Assembly (NCBI GenBank): GCA_046292385.1
Contig: JBKBRF010000002.1
Span: forward strand, 267,824 to 331,823
DNA length: 64,000 nucleotides
Reading direction: 5' to 3'
DNA from: Armatimonadota bacterium
GTDB lineage: Bacteria > Armatimonadota > SYMT01
Position 1 is the first letter of the stretch. Each line of letters begins with the position of its first letter. Position numbers and translations under genes: made by a program. Shown here piece by piece: positions 48,377 through 59,004 of the stretch. The notes beneath the pieces are model-generated. The model was not told the origin of the DNA and searched no databases. It was given only the letters and a program-made list of their open reading frames with translations.

Positions 48377-48679
48377 ATGCTTGCCCCCAGTACGGGGGCT
48401 TGCTTTCGCGCCCCGCGTCAGCGGGGCATCCGGAGCGGCCTTCCGGTTGCGCCGACAGTATCTGGCGAGGGCCGCTCCGTTCGGGGAGGGCGGGGGGTGG
48501 AACAGCGGGGAGATGTAGACACGGGAGCCGCTAACCAAATCGGCTGGCGCAGGCGACCAGCCGGAGGGCCCTCGCCAACCTCTTCGGAATCTTTGTGTGC
48601 TTGTAGCGTTAGCCGGTTCGGGAAGGTTGTCCGGGCGGCAGGGGCGTAGGTGACTGCGGCACGGAGCCGTCTCTCACCT

Positions 48680-51325
48680 ATGCACACTCCCCCACTTCCC
48701 CCCCATCTTACCCGCCCGCTCGCCCGCCGGCCGCTCCTGGCGCCGGTGCTGGGCCTCCTCCTCGCGCTCGGCGCGGCCGCTTCCGCGCAGCAGATCCCCA
48801 CGCGCACCGACGCGCCGTCCGGCGATACCGCGCCGCTCCTCGACCCGCTGCGGCCGGTGACGCGGATCTCGCGGGACAGCTTCACGCTGCGCTACTTCAC
48901 CGCCGAGCCGTGCGAGACGCGCGTGCAGGTGCGGGAGGGAGAGCTGCCGATGGTCGCGTGGCGGCCGGCAGACCGGAAGGTCGACTTCTGGGCCGGCCCC
49001 GGCGTGCGCGTGGTGGAGGGGCCCGCCGGGAAGCGGACCTGGCACACCGTCACGGTGAGCGGCCTCAAGCCGGGCCGGCGCTACTTCTACCGGATCAGCG
49101 AGCCCGCCGCGCGGCCGACCCCGCAGGAGGCGAAGTGGGGCGCGGCGCCGCCGTGGCGGCGGGAGTTTGCCGTCTCCACCCAGGCGCCGCGCGGGCGGAA
49201 GACGATCCTCCACCTGCCGGTGAAGGTGCTGCTGATGCCGAACGTGATCAACGTCGCCTCCGCCCACGGGCCGAACGGCCCGATCGCGGCGCAGCCGCCG
49301 AAGCTCACCGAGGAAGAGCTGGAGCTGATCCGGCGGGAGTATGCCACCACCTCCCGCTTCTTCTGGGTGAACAGCGGGATGCGGCTGTGGGTCGACTACC
49401 AGATCCAGGTCGATCCCCGCTGGCAGCGCTGGGGCGACGAGTCGGCGAACGCGGACGCCTTCTACCGCGGCTGGCCGGTGAGCCGCAGCTACGCGGGAGA
49501 GGACTTTAGCGGCCCCGGCGGCGGCGACTTCACGATCGTCGACACCGCGGACCCGCTCCGCGTCGGCAAGCGGCCGGTCTTCGAGGAGCGCCCCTACTCC
49601 GCCCAGATCGAGCAGGCGTTCGTCCGCCGCTGGAACCCGGGCGCGAAGAAGTGGGAGTTCTACAACAGCGGCGGCGGCACGTTCGGGGTCGACCAGTTCC
49701 CGGACGGCATTCCCGGCCGCTCGCAGTACCTGGGCGGCGGCGACACCGCCTGGCTCGCCTGCCACGAGCTGCACCACAACCTGGAGTCGCACGGCGCCTT
49801 CTCCCTCAGCAACCGGGAGGACGAGCGGATCGTCTTCAACCACTACGAGCCGCGGCGGCGCGTGGTGCAGCCGAACGGCGAGACGGCGGAGATGGCCTGG
49901 ACCACCAGCTCCCGCCACGGCGAGCACTGGGACGGCATGGCCTACTGGGACCGCCAGCTCTCCGACGCGCAGTGGCTGCGCATGTACTTCGGCTACACGC
50001 TGACGGTGGCCGACGCCGACGGCGACGGCTTCCCGGACGCGGACTCCCGCCTGCCGCTGGACGAGAAGCGGTTCGGGAGCGATCCGAAGCGGGCCGCCAC
50101 CGACGGGAACCTCGGCGACCTCCGCAAGGTGATGCTGAGCACCTGGGTGCCGAGCTGCCTGCAGGCGAGCTGGAACAAGCCGCCGTTCCAGGCGATCCGG
50201 CCCGACCCACGGAACCCCGACACGGATCGGGACGGCCTGACCGATGACGTGGACCCCTATCCGCTCTACGCGTGGGAGCCGTTCATCTGGCCGCTGCGGG
50301 CGGCGGTGGACGGCAACGCGGAGGAGTGGTCCGGCATTCCGGTCGGCGGCGAGACCCGCGAGGGCGGGATGGACGTGGTCTTCAAGCAGGCCCACGACGA
50401 GAGCGCCTACTACGGCCTCTTCACGCTGCGCGGACCGTGGCGGCGGGTCTACGTGACGCTCGACGGCGAGGGGCACGGCTTCTTCTCCCTGAACGGCGTG
50501 CTGGGCTTCGAGGTGCTGAACGGGCCGGAGGTGCAGGTGCGCCCGGTCTCCGTCCCCGGCCGCCAGAATGCCCCCGGCCTGAAGTGGAAGGCGGCGCGGG
50601 GTACTGACGGCACCACGACGGTAGAGCTCAGCCTGCCGAACCGGGGTGAAGGGATCTGGTTCTGGGACCGCGCCGGCCGGGAGATCGGCGCCTCAATCGA
50701 CGTCTTCGCGGAAGACGGCAAGGGCTACTCGATCTACGAGCCGTACCGCGCCTTCTACGCGCGCATGCTCGAGCCGCACGGTCGCGCGCCGATGCCGCCC
50801 GGCGCCCCCGCCGAGCTGACCGCCGAGCGGGCGGAGCTGGTGCTGCGCCCCGGCGACCCGCGCCTCCGCCTCCAGGGTCAGGGATGGCGGCAGGACGGTG
50901 CGGTACTCCGCCACGCCGGGAACGACGAAGCGGCGGTCTACGTGCCGGTCGACGCCACGGAGTTCGACCTCTGGATCGACTTCGAGGCGAAGCAGGACGC
51001 CATCCTCGGCGCCTTCCAGCCCGGCACCCGCCGCCTCGGCGCCGGCAGCGACTACATCGCCTTCCTGGGCGGCTACGGGAACACCGTGACCCGGTTCCGG
51101 CTCTTCGGGCGAGAGGCAGGCGACAGCGAGGCGCTGGTCACCCCCGGCCGCCACACCCTCCAGCTCTCCCGCCGCGGCGGCAACCTCTGGCTCCTGCTCG
51201 ACGGCAACCCAGTCCTCTGGGCCGCCGACCCGCAGCCGACCCGCAAGATCGACCGCCTCGCCTTCATCGGCGGCTACGGAGGAGCGCAGGTGCTGCACGA
51301 GATGCGGATCAAGACCGGTCCGTAG
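48680..51325 (+). CDS. Large exported protein: FN3-like domain, HExxH motif, DxDxDG motifs, beta-sandwich C-terminus
   Basis: HTVTVSGLKPGRRYFYRI; CHELHHNLESH; DADGDGFPD; DTDRDGLTDDVDPYP. Confidence 0.8.
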   Translation: MHTPPLPPHLTRPLARRPLLAPVLGLLLALGAAASAQQIPTRTDAPSGDTAPLLDPLRPVTRISRDSFTLRYFTAEPCETRVQVREGELPMVAWRPADRKVDFWAGPGVRVVEGPAGKRTWHTVTVSGLKPGRRYFYRISEPAARPTPQEAKWGAAPPWRREFAVSTQAPRGRKTILHLPVKVLLMPNVINVASAHGPNGPIAAQPPKLTEEELELIRREYATTSRFFWVNSGMRLWVDYQIQVDPRWQRWGDESANADAFYRGWPVSRSYAGEDFSGPGGGDFTIVDTADPLRVGKRPVFEERPYSAQIEQAFVRRWNPGAKKWEFYNSGGGTFGVDQFPDGIPGRSQYLGGGDTAWLACHELHHNLESHGAFSLSNREDERIVFNHYEPRRRVVQPNGETAEMAWTTSSRHGEHWDGMAYWDRQLSDAQWLRMYFGYTLTVADADGDGFPDADSRLPLDEKRFGSDPKRAATDGNLGDLRKVMLSTWVPSCLQASWNKPPFQAIRPDPRNPDTDRDGLTDDVDPYPLYAWEPFIWPLRAAVDGNAEEWSGIPVGGETREGGMDVVFKQAHDESAYYGLFTLRGPWRRVYVTLDGEGHGFFSLNGVLGFEVLNGPEVQVRPVSVPGRQNAPGLKWKAARGTDGTTTVELSLPNRGEGIWFWDRAGREIGASIDVFAEDGKGYSIYEPYRAFYARMLEPHGRAPMPPGAPAELTAERAELVLRPGDPRLRLQGQGWRQDGAVLRHAGNDEAAVYVPVDATEFDLWIDFEAKQDAILGAFQPGTRRLGAGSDYIAFLGGYGNTVTRFRLFGREAGDSEALVTPGRHTLQLSRRGGNLWLLLDGNPVLWAADPQPTRKIDRLAFIGGYGGAQVLHEMRIKTGP

Positions 51326-51536
51326 TTGTGTAAGAAAAGGAGATATGGAGATGGGGAACGGGGATGAGGGGGATGGGAACCTTCCGAACTCTGCTCCTTC
51401 TCATTCTCCTTCTCGTTCTCTTTCTCCTGAGGCCAGCCGAACTGGAGCAACCCGACGTAAGCGACCGGATCCGTCGTCCCAGGGGCTCGGAATTCCGCAC
51501 TCCGTCCTCTGCACTCCGAACTGAGGTCTACCTGCG

Positions 51537-52562
51537 ATGAAGCTCTCACGACGGACGGTTCTGGGCGCGCTGGCGGCTGCGCCGGCGGTGGCGCGCCCCG
51601 CCGCGGCGCAGCCGGCGGGGATCGACGCCTTCGCGTACAACCGGCTGCTGGGCCGCGGCATCAACCTGGGCAACGCGCTGGAGGCGCCGAAGGAAGGCGA
51701 GTGGGGCGTGACGCTCCGGGAGGAGTACTTCGAGGAGATCCGCAAGGCGGGCTTCGACTCCGTGCGCATCCCGGTGCGCTGGTCGGCCCACGCCGCTGCC
51801 GAGCCGCCGTACCGGATCGAGCCGGAGTTCTTCCGGCGGATCGACTGGGCGCTCGACCAGGCGCTCTCGCGCAGGCTCGCGGTGGTGCTGAACGTCCACC
51901 ACTACGAGGAGATCTACCGCGAGCCGGACGCGCACCTGCCGCGCCTCCTGGGCCTGTGGGAGCAGATCGCGGAGCGGTACCGCAGCCGGCCGGAGCGGCT
52001 CTCCTTCGAGATCCTGAACGAGCCGAACGGGAAGCTGACCGACGAGGCGTGGCAGCGGATCTTTCCGCAAGTGCTGCGGACGATCCGGGAGTCGAACCCG
52101 CGACGCGTGGTGATCGTCGGCCCCGGCAACTGGAACAACGTTGGCGAGCTCCCGAAGCTGGAGCTTCCGGAAGCCGACCGGATGCTGATCGGCACCTTTC
52201 ACTACTACAGCCCGTTCGAGTTCACCCATCAAGAGGCGGAGTGGGTGGAGAACAGCGCCCGGTGGAAAGGCACCACCTGGACCGCCACGCCCGCGCAGCT
52301 GGAGGCGGTGAAGAACGACTTCACGAAGGCCGCCCAGTGGGCGGAGCGGCACCGCCGGCCGGTCTACCTGGGCGAGTTCGGCGCCTACTCGAAGGCGGAG
52401 CTGCCCTCCCGCGTGAAGTGGACTGCCGCCATCGCCCGCGAGGCGGAAGCGCGCGGCTTCTCCTGGGCCTACTGGGAGTTCTGCTCCGGCTTCGGCGCCT
52501 ACGACCCCGCGGCAAACCGCTGGCGAGCGCCGCTGCTGCAGGCATTACTTCCGAGCGGGTAG
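51537..52562 (+). CDS. Glycoside hydrolase family 5 (endoglucanase-like), Tat-exported
   Basis: SRRTVLG signal; GINLGNALE, ILNEP acid/base and LGEFG nucleophile. Confidence 0.95.
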   Translation: MKLSRRTVLGALAAAPAVARPAAAQPAGIDAFAYNRLLGRGINLGNALEAPKEGEWGVTLREEYFEEIRKAGFDSVRIPVRWSAHAAAEPPYRIEPEFFRRIDWALDQALSRRLAVVLNVHHYEEIYREPDAHLPRLLGLWEQIAERYRSRPERLSFEILNEPNGKLTDEAWQRIFPQVLRTIRESNPRRVVIVGPGNWNNVGELPKLELPEADRMLIGTFHYYSPFEFTHQEAEWVENSARWKGTTWTATPAQLEAVKNDFTKAAQWAERHRRPVYLGEFGAYSKAELPSRVKWTAAIAREAEARGFSWAYWEFCSGFGAYDPAANRWRAPLLQALLPSG

Positions 52563-52712
52563 CGTTCAGGGTGCAGCGTGTAGGGCTGGCGAAGACGGTC
52601 TGAGCCGTTCGCAAGCTGCCATTCCTGCTCCTGCTCGCTGGCGACCTCCGGTGCTCCGGCGCGCCCCCTGACTGCTCCTGTCGTTCCACACAGTCCCCGG
52701 CGGAGCCCAACG

Positions 52713-54449
52713 ATGCTCGACGACGCAGCGATCTACTTCGACTTCTCCCGCTCCCTGGACGACCTGACGGGTCAAGGCCGGCCGCTGCAGCTCCGCGGCG
52801 CGCGGTGGGAGGCGGGGAAACCGCTCGCGTTCTCCACGCACCTGCAGCTCGCCGAAGTCGACCCGGAGGGGATGCGGCACCTCTCGCGGCGGCTGCACGG
52901 GATCCGGTCGGCGACGATCGGCGCGTGGGTGCTGCCGAGGCGGGCGGGGGAGCAGCTCTTCCTCTTCCGGGGCGTGCCGGAGATCGCCCCGGGCGGGGAG
53001 CGGCTCTTCCGGCCGAGCGACCGCTACGTCAACTTCCTGCTGGGGACCGATCAGCACGGCTTCCTGATGGGCGCGATCAACGGGAACGGGCGCATGCCGT
53101 TTCCGCACGTCACCCTGAACGAGCTGCGGATCAACCACTGGCACCAGATCGTCCTGGTGAAAGACGAGGCGGGGTACCAGCGCTTCTACGTCAACGGGAC
53201 GCTGGTCCACTCCGACGAGGAGCTGGTCGCGGCGGGGCAGGCGTGGCCGTTCCGAGAGGTAGAGCCGGAGAGCGCGGAGCCGCTGCGCCTCTCCGTCCCG
53301 CTCGGCGGCGAGATCGGCGAGGCGTGGGTCTGTCCCCGGGCGCTCGCGGCAGAGGAGATCCGCGCCGACTACGAGGCGAAGCGGGAGCGCTACCGCCCGG
53401 CGCCGCCCGGTGTGCCGGTGGCCCTGCGAGAGATGAACGCGCACTTCCCGCCCGATATCTGGCGGGAGCCGCCGACCGAGGCGAGCTGGCCAGCGGAGCG
53501 GCGCCGGATCCTGGCGGCGATGCGGGAGGTCTTCGGCGCCCCGCCGGCGGAGAAGCCGCCGCTCGCGCCCGAGGTGGTCTCGGAGGTCGACTGCGGCCGC
53601 TACGTCCGGCGCAAGGTGGTGCTCACCGTCCAGCCCGGCGACCGCATGCCCGCCTACCTGCTGGTCCCGAAGCGGCAGAGGGGGCGCGTCCCCGCCATCG
53701 TCTGCTTCTACGGCACCACCGGCGGCGCGGGAAAGGAGACGACGGTCGGCCTCTCGGGGGGACGACCCGGCTCTCCGCCGGAGAAGAACCGCGGCTTCGC
53801 GGTCGACATGGCGGAGGCGGGCTTCGTCGCCTTCGCGGCGGATTACCTGCGCGACGGCGAGCGGGTGGAGCCGGGGATGCGGCCGTACGACACCACCCGC
53901 TTCTACGAGCAGTTCCCGGAGTGGTCGATCCACGGCAAGGACGCGTGGGACACCTCCCGGGCCATCGACTACCTCCAGACGCTGCCGTTCGTAGACGGCG
54001 AGCGGATCGGGATGGTCGGCCACTCCTACGGCGGCCACAGTACCCTCTTCACCACCGCGCTGGAGCCGCGGATCCGAGCGGCGGTGGCGAACGGTCCGGT
54101 CTCCTCGTTCTGGGACCACGGCATGCACTGGGGCGTCCCGAAAGGCGCCGGCAACAGCCAGTCGCTCCCCCACCTGCGACCCTACCTGCTCGAGCGCCGC
54201 TGGCCCCTACCCCTGGAGTTCCACGAAGTCTGCGCGCTCGCCGCGCCGCGCCCGCTGCTCGTCGGCCAGGCCGTCGGAGAGCGACGCCCGCGAGAAGAGG
54301 AAACCTACGGCGCGGTGCGTCAGCTCTACCAGGCGCTCGGCCACCCGGAGCGGGTCCGCTACCACTGGTACGCCGGCGACCACGACTTCCCACCCGTCGC
54401 CCGCCAGGCCGCGGTAGAGTGGCTCCGGCGCTGGCTGCTCCGAACCTGA
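52713..54449 (+). CDS. LamG/ConA-like domain fused to an alpha/beta hydrolase
   Basis: WHQIVLV...FYVNGTL; GHSYGG nucleophile elbow; GDHDFP. Confidence 0.85.
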   Translation: MLDDAAIYFDFSRSLDDLTGQGRPLQLRGARWEAGKPLAFSTHLQLAEVDPEGMRHLSRRLHGIRSATIGAWVLPRRAGEQLFLFRGVPEIAPGGERLFRPSDRYVNFLLGTDQHGFLMGAINGNGRMPFPHVTLNELRINHWHQIVLVKDEAGYQRFYVNGTLVHSDEELVAAGQAWPFREVEPESAEPLRLSVPLGGEIGEAWVCPRALAAEEIRADYEAKRERYRPAPPGVPVALREMNAHFPPDIWREPPTEASWPAERRRILAAMREVFGAPPAEKPPLAPEVVSEVDCGRYVRRKVVLTVQPGDRMPAYLLVPKRQRGRVPAIVCFYGTTGGAGKETTVGLSGGRPGSPPEKNRGFAVDMAEAGFVAFAADYLRDGERVEPGMRPYDTTRFYEQFPEWSIHGKDAWDTSRAIDYLQTLPFVDGERIGMVGHSYGGHSTLFTTALEPRIRAAVANGPVSSFWDHGMHWGVPKGAGNSQSLPHLRPYLLERRWPLPLEFHEVCALAAPRPLLVGQAVGERRPREEETYGAVRQLYQALGHPERVRYHWYAGDHDFPPVARQAAVEWLRRWLLRT

Positions 54450-54752
54450 TTCACCGCAGAGACGCAGAGGACGCGGAGAGAACCCGAACCGGATGCACCG
54501 CCAAGACGCTAAGAACGCAAAGGCGAACCAGAAGGAGAAACTCCGGGGTCGCAGCACGGGACTCGTGAGGCAGAGCAGGCCCATCCCGCTATTCTCTGGC
54601 TCCCCTCTGCGTTCCCTCTGCGTTCTCCGCGTCCTCTGCGGTGCATCCGGTTCGGACCGGGGCCGCTGTACGGACTCGTCAGGCGGGCCAGGCTCCCCCT
54701 GGTTCGGGTTCTCTCCGCGTTCTCCGCGTCTCTGCGGTGAATCACGGTTCGG
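54439..54752. repeat. Nested long inverted repeat built from 9-mer CGCAGAG-type units
   Basis: 43-bp arms at 54448-54490 and 54701-54743 (2 mismatches); inner arms at 54484-54501 and 54638-54655. Confidence 0.9.
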
Positions 54753-54822
54753 AAGGTTCGTGCAACCGCGGACGGGAGCGGGTATCTAACACCTTCAGCC
54801 GGTAGACCGTCCGAGCGCACGC

Positions 54823-56196
54823 ATGAAGCCCTGTCCTGGTCCGAACCGACGTCGTGTCCTGCAGGTCGGCGCCGCCGCCCTGGGGCTCTCGCTGACGCGG
54901 CTGCTCCGCGCGGAGGCCGCGCCTGCGGCGGCCCTGCCGAAGGCGCGTGCCCGGTCGGTGGTGATCCTCTACCTGAGCGGCGGCCCGTCCCAGCTCGACA
55001 TGTGGGACATGAAGCCGGACGCCCCGGCGGACCTCCGCGGCACCTTCCAGCCGATCCGGACGAGCGTCTCCGGCATCGAGGTGTGCGAGCACCTGCCCCG
55101 GATGGCGAAGCTGGCGCACCTCTACACGATCGTGCGCTCTATGAGCCACCGGGAGGAGGACCACCTCAAGGCGGGCTACTACGTCATGACCGGCGCGCCG
55201 CTCCCGCGCGCCATCGCGCAGCGCTCCGGGATGGAGCGGAACGACCGTCCCCACGCCGGCGCCATCATCTCCCGCGCCCTCGGCAGCGGCCAGGTGCCCG
55301 GCTTCTGCATGATTCCGGAGTTCATCTCGCCGGTCGGCCCCGCTCGCCCGGGCCAGCACGCCGGCTTCCTCGGCGCGGAGTACGACCCATACCTGATCGA
55401 CAGCGACCCGAACGAGCCCGGGTACGACCCGGGGCCGGTCGGCGTCGCCGAAGGATCGCGCGCCACGCGGGCGCTCCGGCTGCGGGCGCTGCTGGAGGCG
55501 GCGGAGCGCGGCGGGCCGCTGCGGGGCGAGCTGCCCGCGGTGCGGGAGTACCAGACCTACCGGGAGAAGGCGCTCGACCTGGTCAGCTCTCCCGCGGCGC
55601 AGCAGGCGTTCGACGTCTCCCGCGAGCCGGAAGCAGTCCGCGACCGGTACGGGCGGCACCACTTCGGGCAGTCGGCCCTGGTGGCGCGGCGGCTGGTGGA
55701 GGCGGGCGCGCGGGTGGTGCAGGTCAACTTCATCCGGCACGACTTCGGCAAGGGCGGCCAGGGCTACGACTCCCACTCCGCCCTCGGCTTCCCGCCGCAC
55801 CTGCCGTGGCTCAAAGACGAGCTGGCGCCCCCGACCGACGCCGCCTTCGCCGCGCTGGTGGAAGACCTCCACGACCGCGGCCTCTTGGATGAGACGCTGC
55901 TCGTGATGATGGGCGAGTTCGGCCGCACGCCGAAGTTCAACAAAGACGGCGGCCGCGACCACTGGGCGAAGTGCTACAGCCTGGTGATGGCGGGCGGCGG
56001 CGTGCCGCGCGGGCAGGTCTACGGCGCCTCCGACGCCACCGCCTCGGAGCCGACCGAGAATCCGGTCTCCCCGGAAGACCTCCTCGCCACCGTCTACCAC
56101 CTGCTCGGGGTGGATCACCGGGCGCTGATCCACGACCTGGAAGACCGCCCGCACCCCACCGTGGAGGGCGAGCCGGTCCGCGGCCTCATCGCGTAG
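54823..56196 (+). CDS. DUF1501 family protein with Tat-like signal
   Basis: NRRRVLQ; LSGGPSQLDMWDMKP, ARRLVEAG, GEFGRTPK and GRDHW. Confidence 0.93.
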   Translation: MKPCPGPNRRRVLQVGAAALGLSLTRLLRAEAAPAAALPKARARSVVILYLSGGPSQLDMWDMKPDAPADLRGTFQPIRTSVSGIEVCEHLPRMAKLAHLYTIVRSMSHREEDHLKAGYYVMTGAPLPRAIAQRSGMERNDRPHAGAIISRALGSGQVPGFCMIPEFISPVGPARPGQHAGFLGAEYDPYLIDSDPNEPGYDPGPVGVAEGSRATRALRLRALLEAAERGGPLRGELPAVREYQTYREKALDLVSSPAAQQAFDVSREPEAVRDRYGRHHFGQSALVARRLVEAGARVVQVNFIRHDFGKGGQGYDSHSALGFPPHLPWLKDELAPPTDAAFAALVEDLHDRGLLDETLLVMMGEFGRTPKFNKDGGRDHWAKCYSLVMAGGGVPRGQVYGASDATASEPTENPVSPEDLLATVYHLLGVDHRALIHDLEDRPHPTVEGEPVRGLIA

Positions 56197-56381
56197 CGTT
56201 CTCTCTCCGAACGAGCGCGAAGGCGCGAAGAGGGCGAAGGACGCGAAGGGGACCGGAAGGGAACAGGCGTGGCCCTCCGTGTCCCGGCTTCGACAGCCCC
56301 GAAAGCTTTCGGGGCTTCGCTCTGAGTAGCGCCGGGTTTACTCGCGCGCGGGCTGACGCGTACTGGAGCGCTGCTCCGGCT

Positions 56382-56603
56382 TCAACTCCCCGCTCTGGGC
56401 TTGCGCGGGGGGAAATCCCGCACCTGCTCCTGGCTCGCCACCGCCGGCGGCTCCACCACCTCGCGGTAGACGCGCACGTGGAGCGTCTTCTCCCGCGTGG
56501 AGAGCTCCTCCGCCTGCATGGCGGCGCTCGGCTCGTCCGGCAGCAGCACCCAGGTCTGCTCCACGCCGTCCTCTCCGGTGGTGGTGATCCGGTATCGCTC
56601 CAA
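56382..56603 (-). CDS. Small hypothetical protein (73 aa)
   Basis: GAGGAG RBS before TTG; GC-biased codons. Confidence 0.55.
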   Translation of the reverse strand: MERYRITTTGEDGVEQTWVLLPDEPSAAMQAEELSTREKTLHVRVYREVVEPPAVASQEQVRDFPPRKPRAGS

Positions 56604-56776
56604 AACGCAGCTCCTCTCTTTCCTCTTACCGAGAACCGCTGCTTCTCAAGGAAATGGAGTGGGCGCAAGGGAGAGTGGGGGAATGGGAGAACCCACTCCC
56701 GTGAGCAGCGTCTCAAGCTCACCCACTCCCCCACTCACCCACTCAATCCCGTGAAGCGGCGGAGGCTCCCCGGCCG

Positions 56777-57799
56777 TTAGTCTTCGTGCCGGCTCAGGCT
56801 GTTGTACAACACCGCCGCCAGAATGAGGAGCCCCTGGATGGCGGGCTGGATCTCGCTCCGGAGTTGGGTGATGCTGCCGACGAAGGTGAGCCCGACCTCG
56901 ATCAGCTTCAGCAGCAGCACCGCGAGGACGGTCCCCAGCACGGTGCCGCGGCCGCCGAAGATGTCGGTGCCGCCGACCACCACCGCCGTGATCACCTCCA
57001 GCTCGAAGCCCGGGGCGATCGGGTGGGAGATCGGGGAGAAGCGGAGCACGTAGAGGAAGCCGGCGATCCCGGTGAGGGCGCCGAGGTAGACGAAGCTGCG
57101 GAAGGTGGTGCCGTTGACCGAGATGCCGGAGAGCTCCGCGGAGCGCGGATTACTACCGACCGCGTAGTGCTGCCGGCCCTTGCGGGTGGCGGAGAGGTAC
57201 AGGTGCGTGCCGGCGGCGACCAGCGCGGCGGCCCACACCAGCACCGGCAGGCCGAGCACCATGCCGGCGCCCGCCTCGTTCAGCGCGGCGGGGACCTGGA
57301 TGATGTCGCCCTCGGTGACCCAGATCATGAGCCCGCGGATAGCGCCGACCGTCGCCAGCGTCGCCACGATCGAGGGGATCTTGAGCCCGGCGGTGAGCGT
57401 GCCGTTCACCGCGCCGAGCAGCGCCCCGGAGCCGGCGCCGACCAGCGCCAGCAGCGGCAGCGGCAGCCCCTTCTGGCCGGAGAGCGCCACCACCACCGCG
57501 GAGACCGCCAGGATCGCGCCGATCGAGATGTCGATCTGCGCGTTGATGATGAGCACGGTCATCCCGGCCGCCGCGACCGTGGGAATGGCGGCGTTCAGCA
57601 GGATGTCGCGCAGGTTCTCCCAGCGCAGGAAGTCCGGCCGCAGCGCCCCGACCGCCAGCGCCAGCAGCACCAGCGCGACGCCGAGCACGAACTCGCGGCG
57701 GCGCCAGAACGGCTCGTCGAACGACTTCGCAGCGCCCTTTTGTGAGGTGAGATCCGCGGAGGCCAGGGTAAGTCTCGAAAGGTATGCCGCCGGCGCCAC
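56777..57799 (-). CDS. Monosaccharide ABC transporter permease (RbsC-like)
   Basis: IDISIGA, IPSIVATL and ELEVITAVVVGGTDIFGGRG. Start uncertain. Confidence 0.9.
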   Translation of the reverse strand: MAPAAYLSRLTLASADLTSQKGAAKSFDEPFWRRREFVLGVALVLLALAVGALRPDFLRWENLRDILLNAAIPTVAAAGMTVLIINAQIDISIGAILAVSAVVVALSGQKGLPLPLLALVGAGSGALLGAVNGTLTAGLKIPSIVATLATVGAIRGLMIWVTEGDIIQVPAALNEAGAGMVLGLPVLVWAAALVAAGTHLYLSATRKGRQHYAVGSNPRSAELSGISVNGTTFRSFVYLGALTGIAGFLYVLRFSPISHPIAPGFELEVITAVVVGGTDIFGGRGTVLGTVLAVLLLKLIEVGLTFVGSITQLRSEIQPAIQGLLILAAVLYNSLSRHED

Positions 57800-57876
57800 T
57801 GCCGGCGGAAGACGCCGCTATGATTGGGCGAGACGCCCCGAGTCTCCTCCCACGGGGCGCGCCGCGCCGCAGAGCG

Positions 57877-58584
57877 TCACGCGGGCTTCACTCCTCCGAA
57901 GACCGCCAGCTCCAGCCACTTGAAGTAGCAGTCCGCGTGCTCGAAGCCGATCTCCCGCAGCCACTGCACCTGCGTCTCCACCCGCTCCAGGATGTTGTCC
58001 GCGCGGTCCGGCCGCTCGCGGAAGCTGCGCGCGACCTCTTCTCGCGGCAGGCCGCGGGACTCGGTGAGGTGGTCGATGTAGCGCTCCTCGAAGAGCCGCT
58101 CCAGCTCCTCGGTCGGCGAGGCGACATGCTCTAGGTTCACGAAGAGCCCTCCCGGGGAGAGCAGCGTGTAGATCTCCTGGTAGAGCGTCTCCTTGCGCGG
58201 ATGCGGGAGGTGATGGATCGCATAGGCGGAGACAACCAGGTCGACGCCGCCCGGCGGCGCGAACGGGTAGATCGGCTCGCAGAGATCCGCCTTCACGATC
58301 CGGACGCGCTCTCCGTAAGGCGCCATCGCCTCCCGCGCGCGGGCGAGCATCGGCTCGGAGAGGTCGATCAGCACCGCCCGGCTCTCCGGCATCAGGTCGA
58401 GCAGTGCCCGGGAGAGGATGCCGTCGCCGCAGCCGAGATCGAGGAAGCAGGCCGGCTCGGGCCGGAAGAAGCGGACCACGTCCAGCATGATCCGGATCTG
58501 GTCCGCGCCGTAGGGGACCGCGCGCCGCCGCTCTTCCAGGAACGCCAGGGCGACATCGGCCCGCTGCCAGGAGGAATCACTCAT
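57877..58584 (-). CDS. Class I SAM-dependent methyltransferase
   Basis: FLDLGCGDG, DLSEPML, SAYAIHHL and LSPGGLFVN. Confidence 0.92.
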   Translation of the reverse strand: MSDSSWQRADVALAFLEERRRAVPYGADQIRIMLDVVRFFRPEPACFLDLGCGDGILSRALLDLMPESRAVLIDLSEPMLARAREAMAPYGERVRIVKADLCEPIYPFAPPGGVDLVVSAYAIHHLPHPRKETLYQEIYTLLSPGGLFVNLEHVASPTEELERLFEERYIDHLTESRGLPREEVARSFRERPDRADNILERVETQVQWLREIGFEHADCYFKWLELAVFGGVKPA

Positions 58585-58719
58585 GATGGTGGGGCCCCGA
58601 GATGGCTCGGGGCAGGGTGGGAACGCCTTTCTCTGCTAACGGTATATCGGACCCCGACCGCCCGCGCCCGGCTCCGGGTAGAGTGGTACGGTAGAGTGTA
58701 CCAGCACGCAGGCAGCATC

Positions 58720-59001
58720 ATGGCAACCGCAACCGGTCACCGTTACATTACTCGCCACGCCGAGATACTCGGTGGAGAGCCGATCATCCAGGACACCCGT
58801 ACCCCCGTGCGGGCGGTAGTGGAGCTGTGGCGGCTCGGCACTCCTCCCGAAGAGATCCCGGTGCGCCTCCCGCACCTCTCGCTGGGCCAGGTATTCGACG
58901 CGCTCAGCTACTACGCGGACCATCAGGAGGAGATCCACCGCTACCTGGAGCGAAACCAGGTCCGCGACGACGAAGTAGATCCACTGGTCCGGGCAGCCTG
59001 A
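58720..59001 (+). CDS. DUF433 family protein
   Basis: ILGGEPIIQDTRTPV...LSLGQVFDALSYY. Confidence 0.9.
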   Translation: MATATGHRYITRHAEILGGEPIIQDTRTPVRAVVELWRLGTPPEEIPVRLPHLSLGQVFDALSYYADHQEEIHRYLERNQVRDDEVDPLVRAA

Positions 59002-59004
59002 TCC

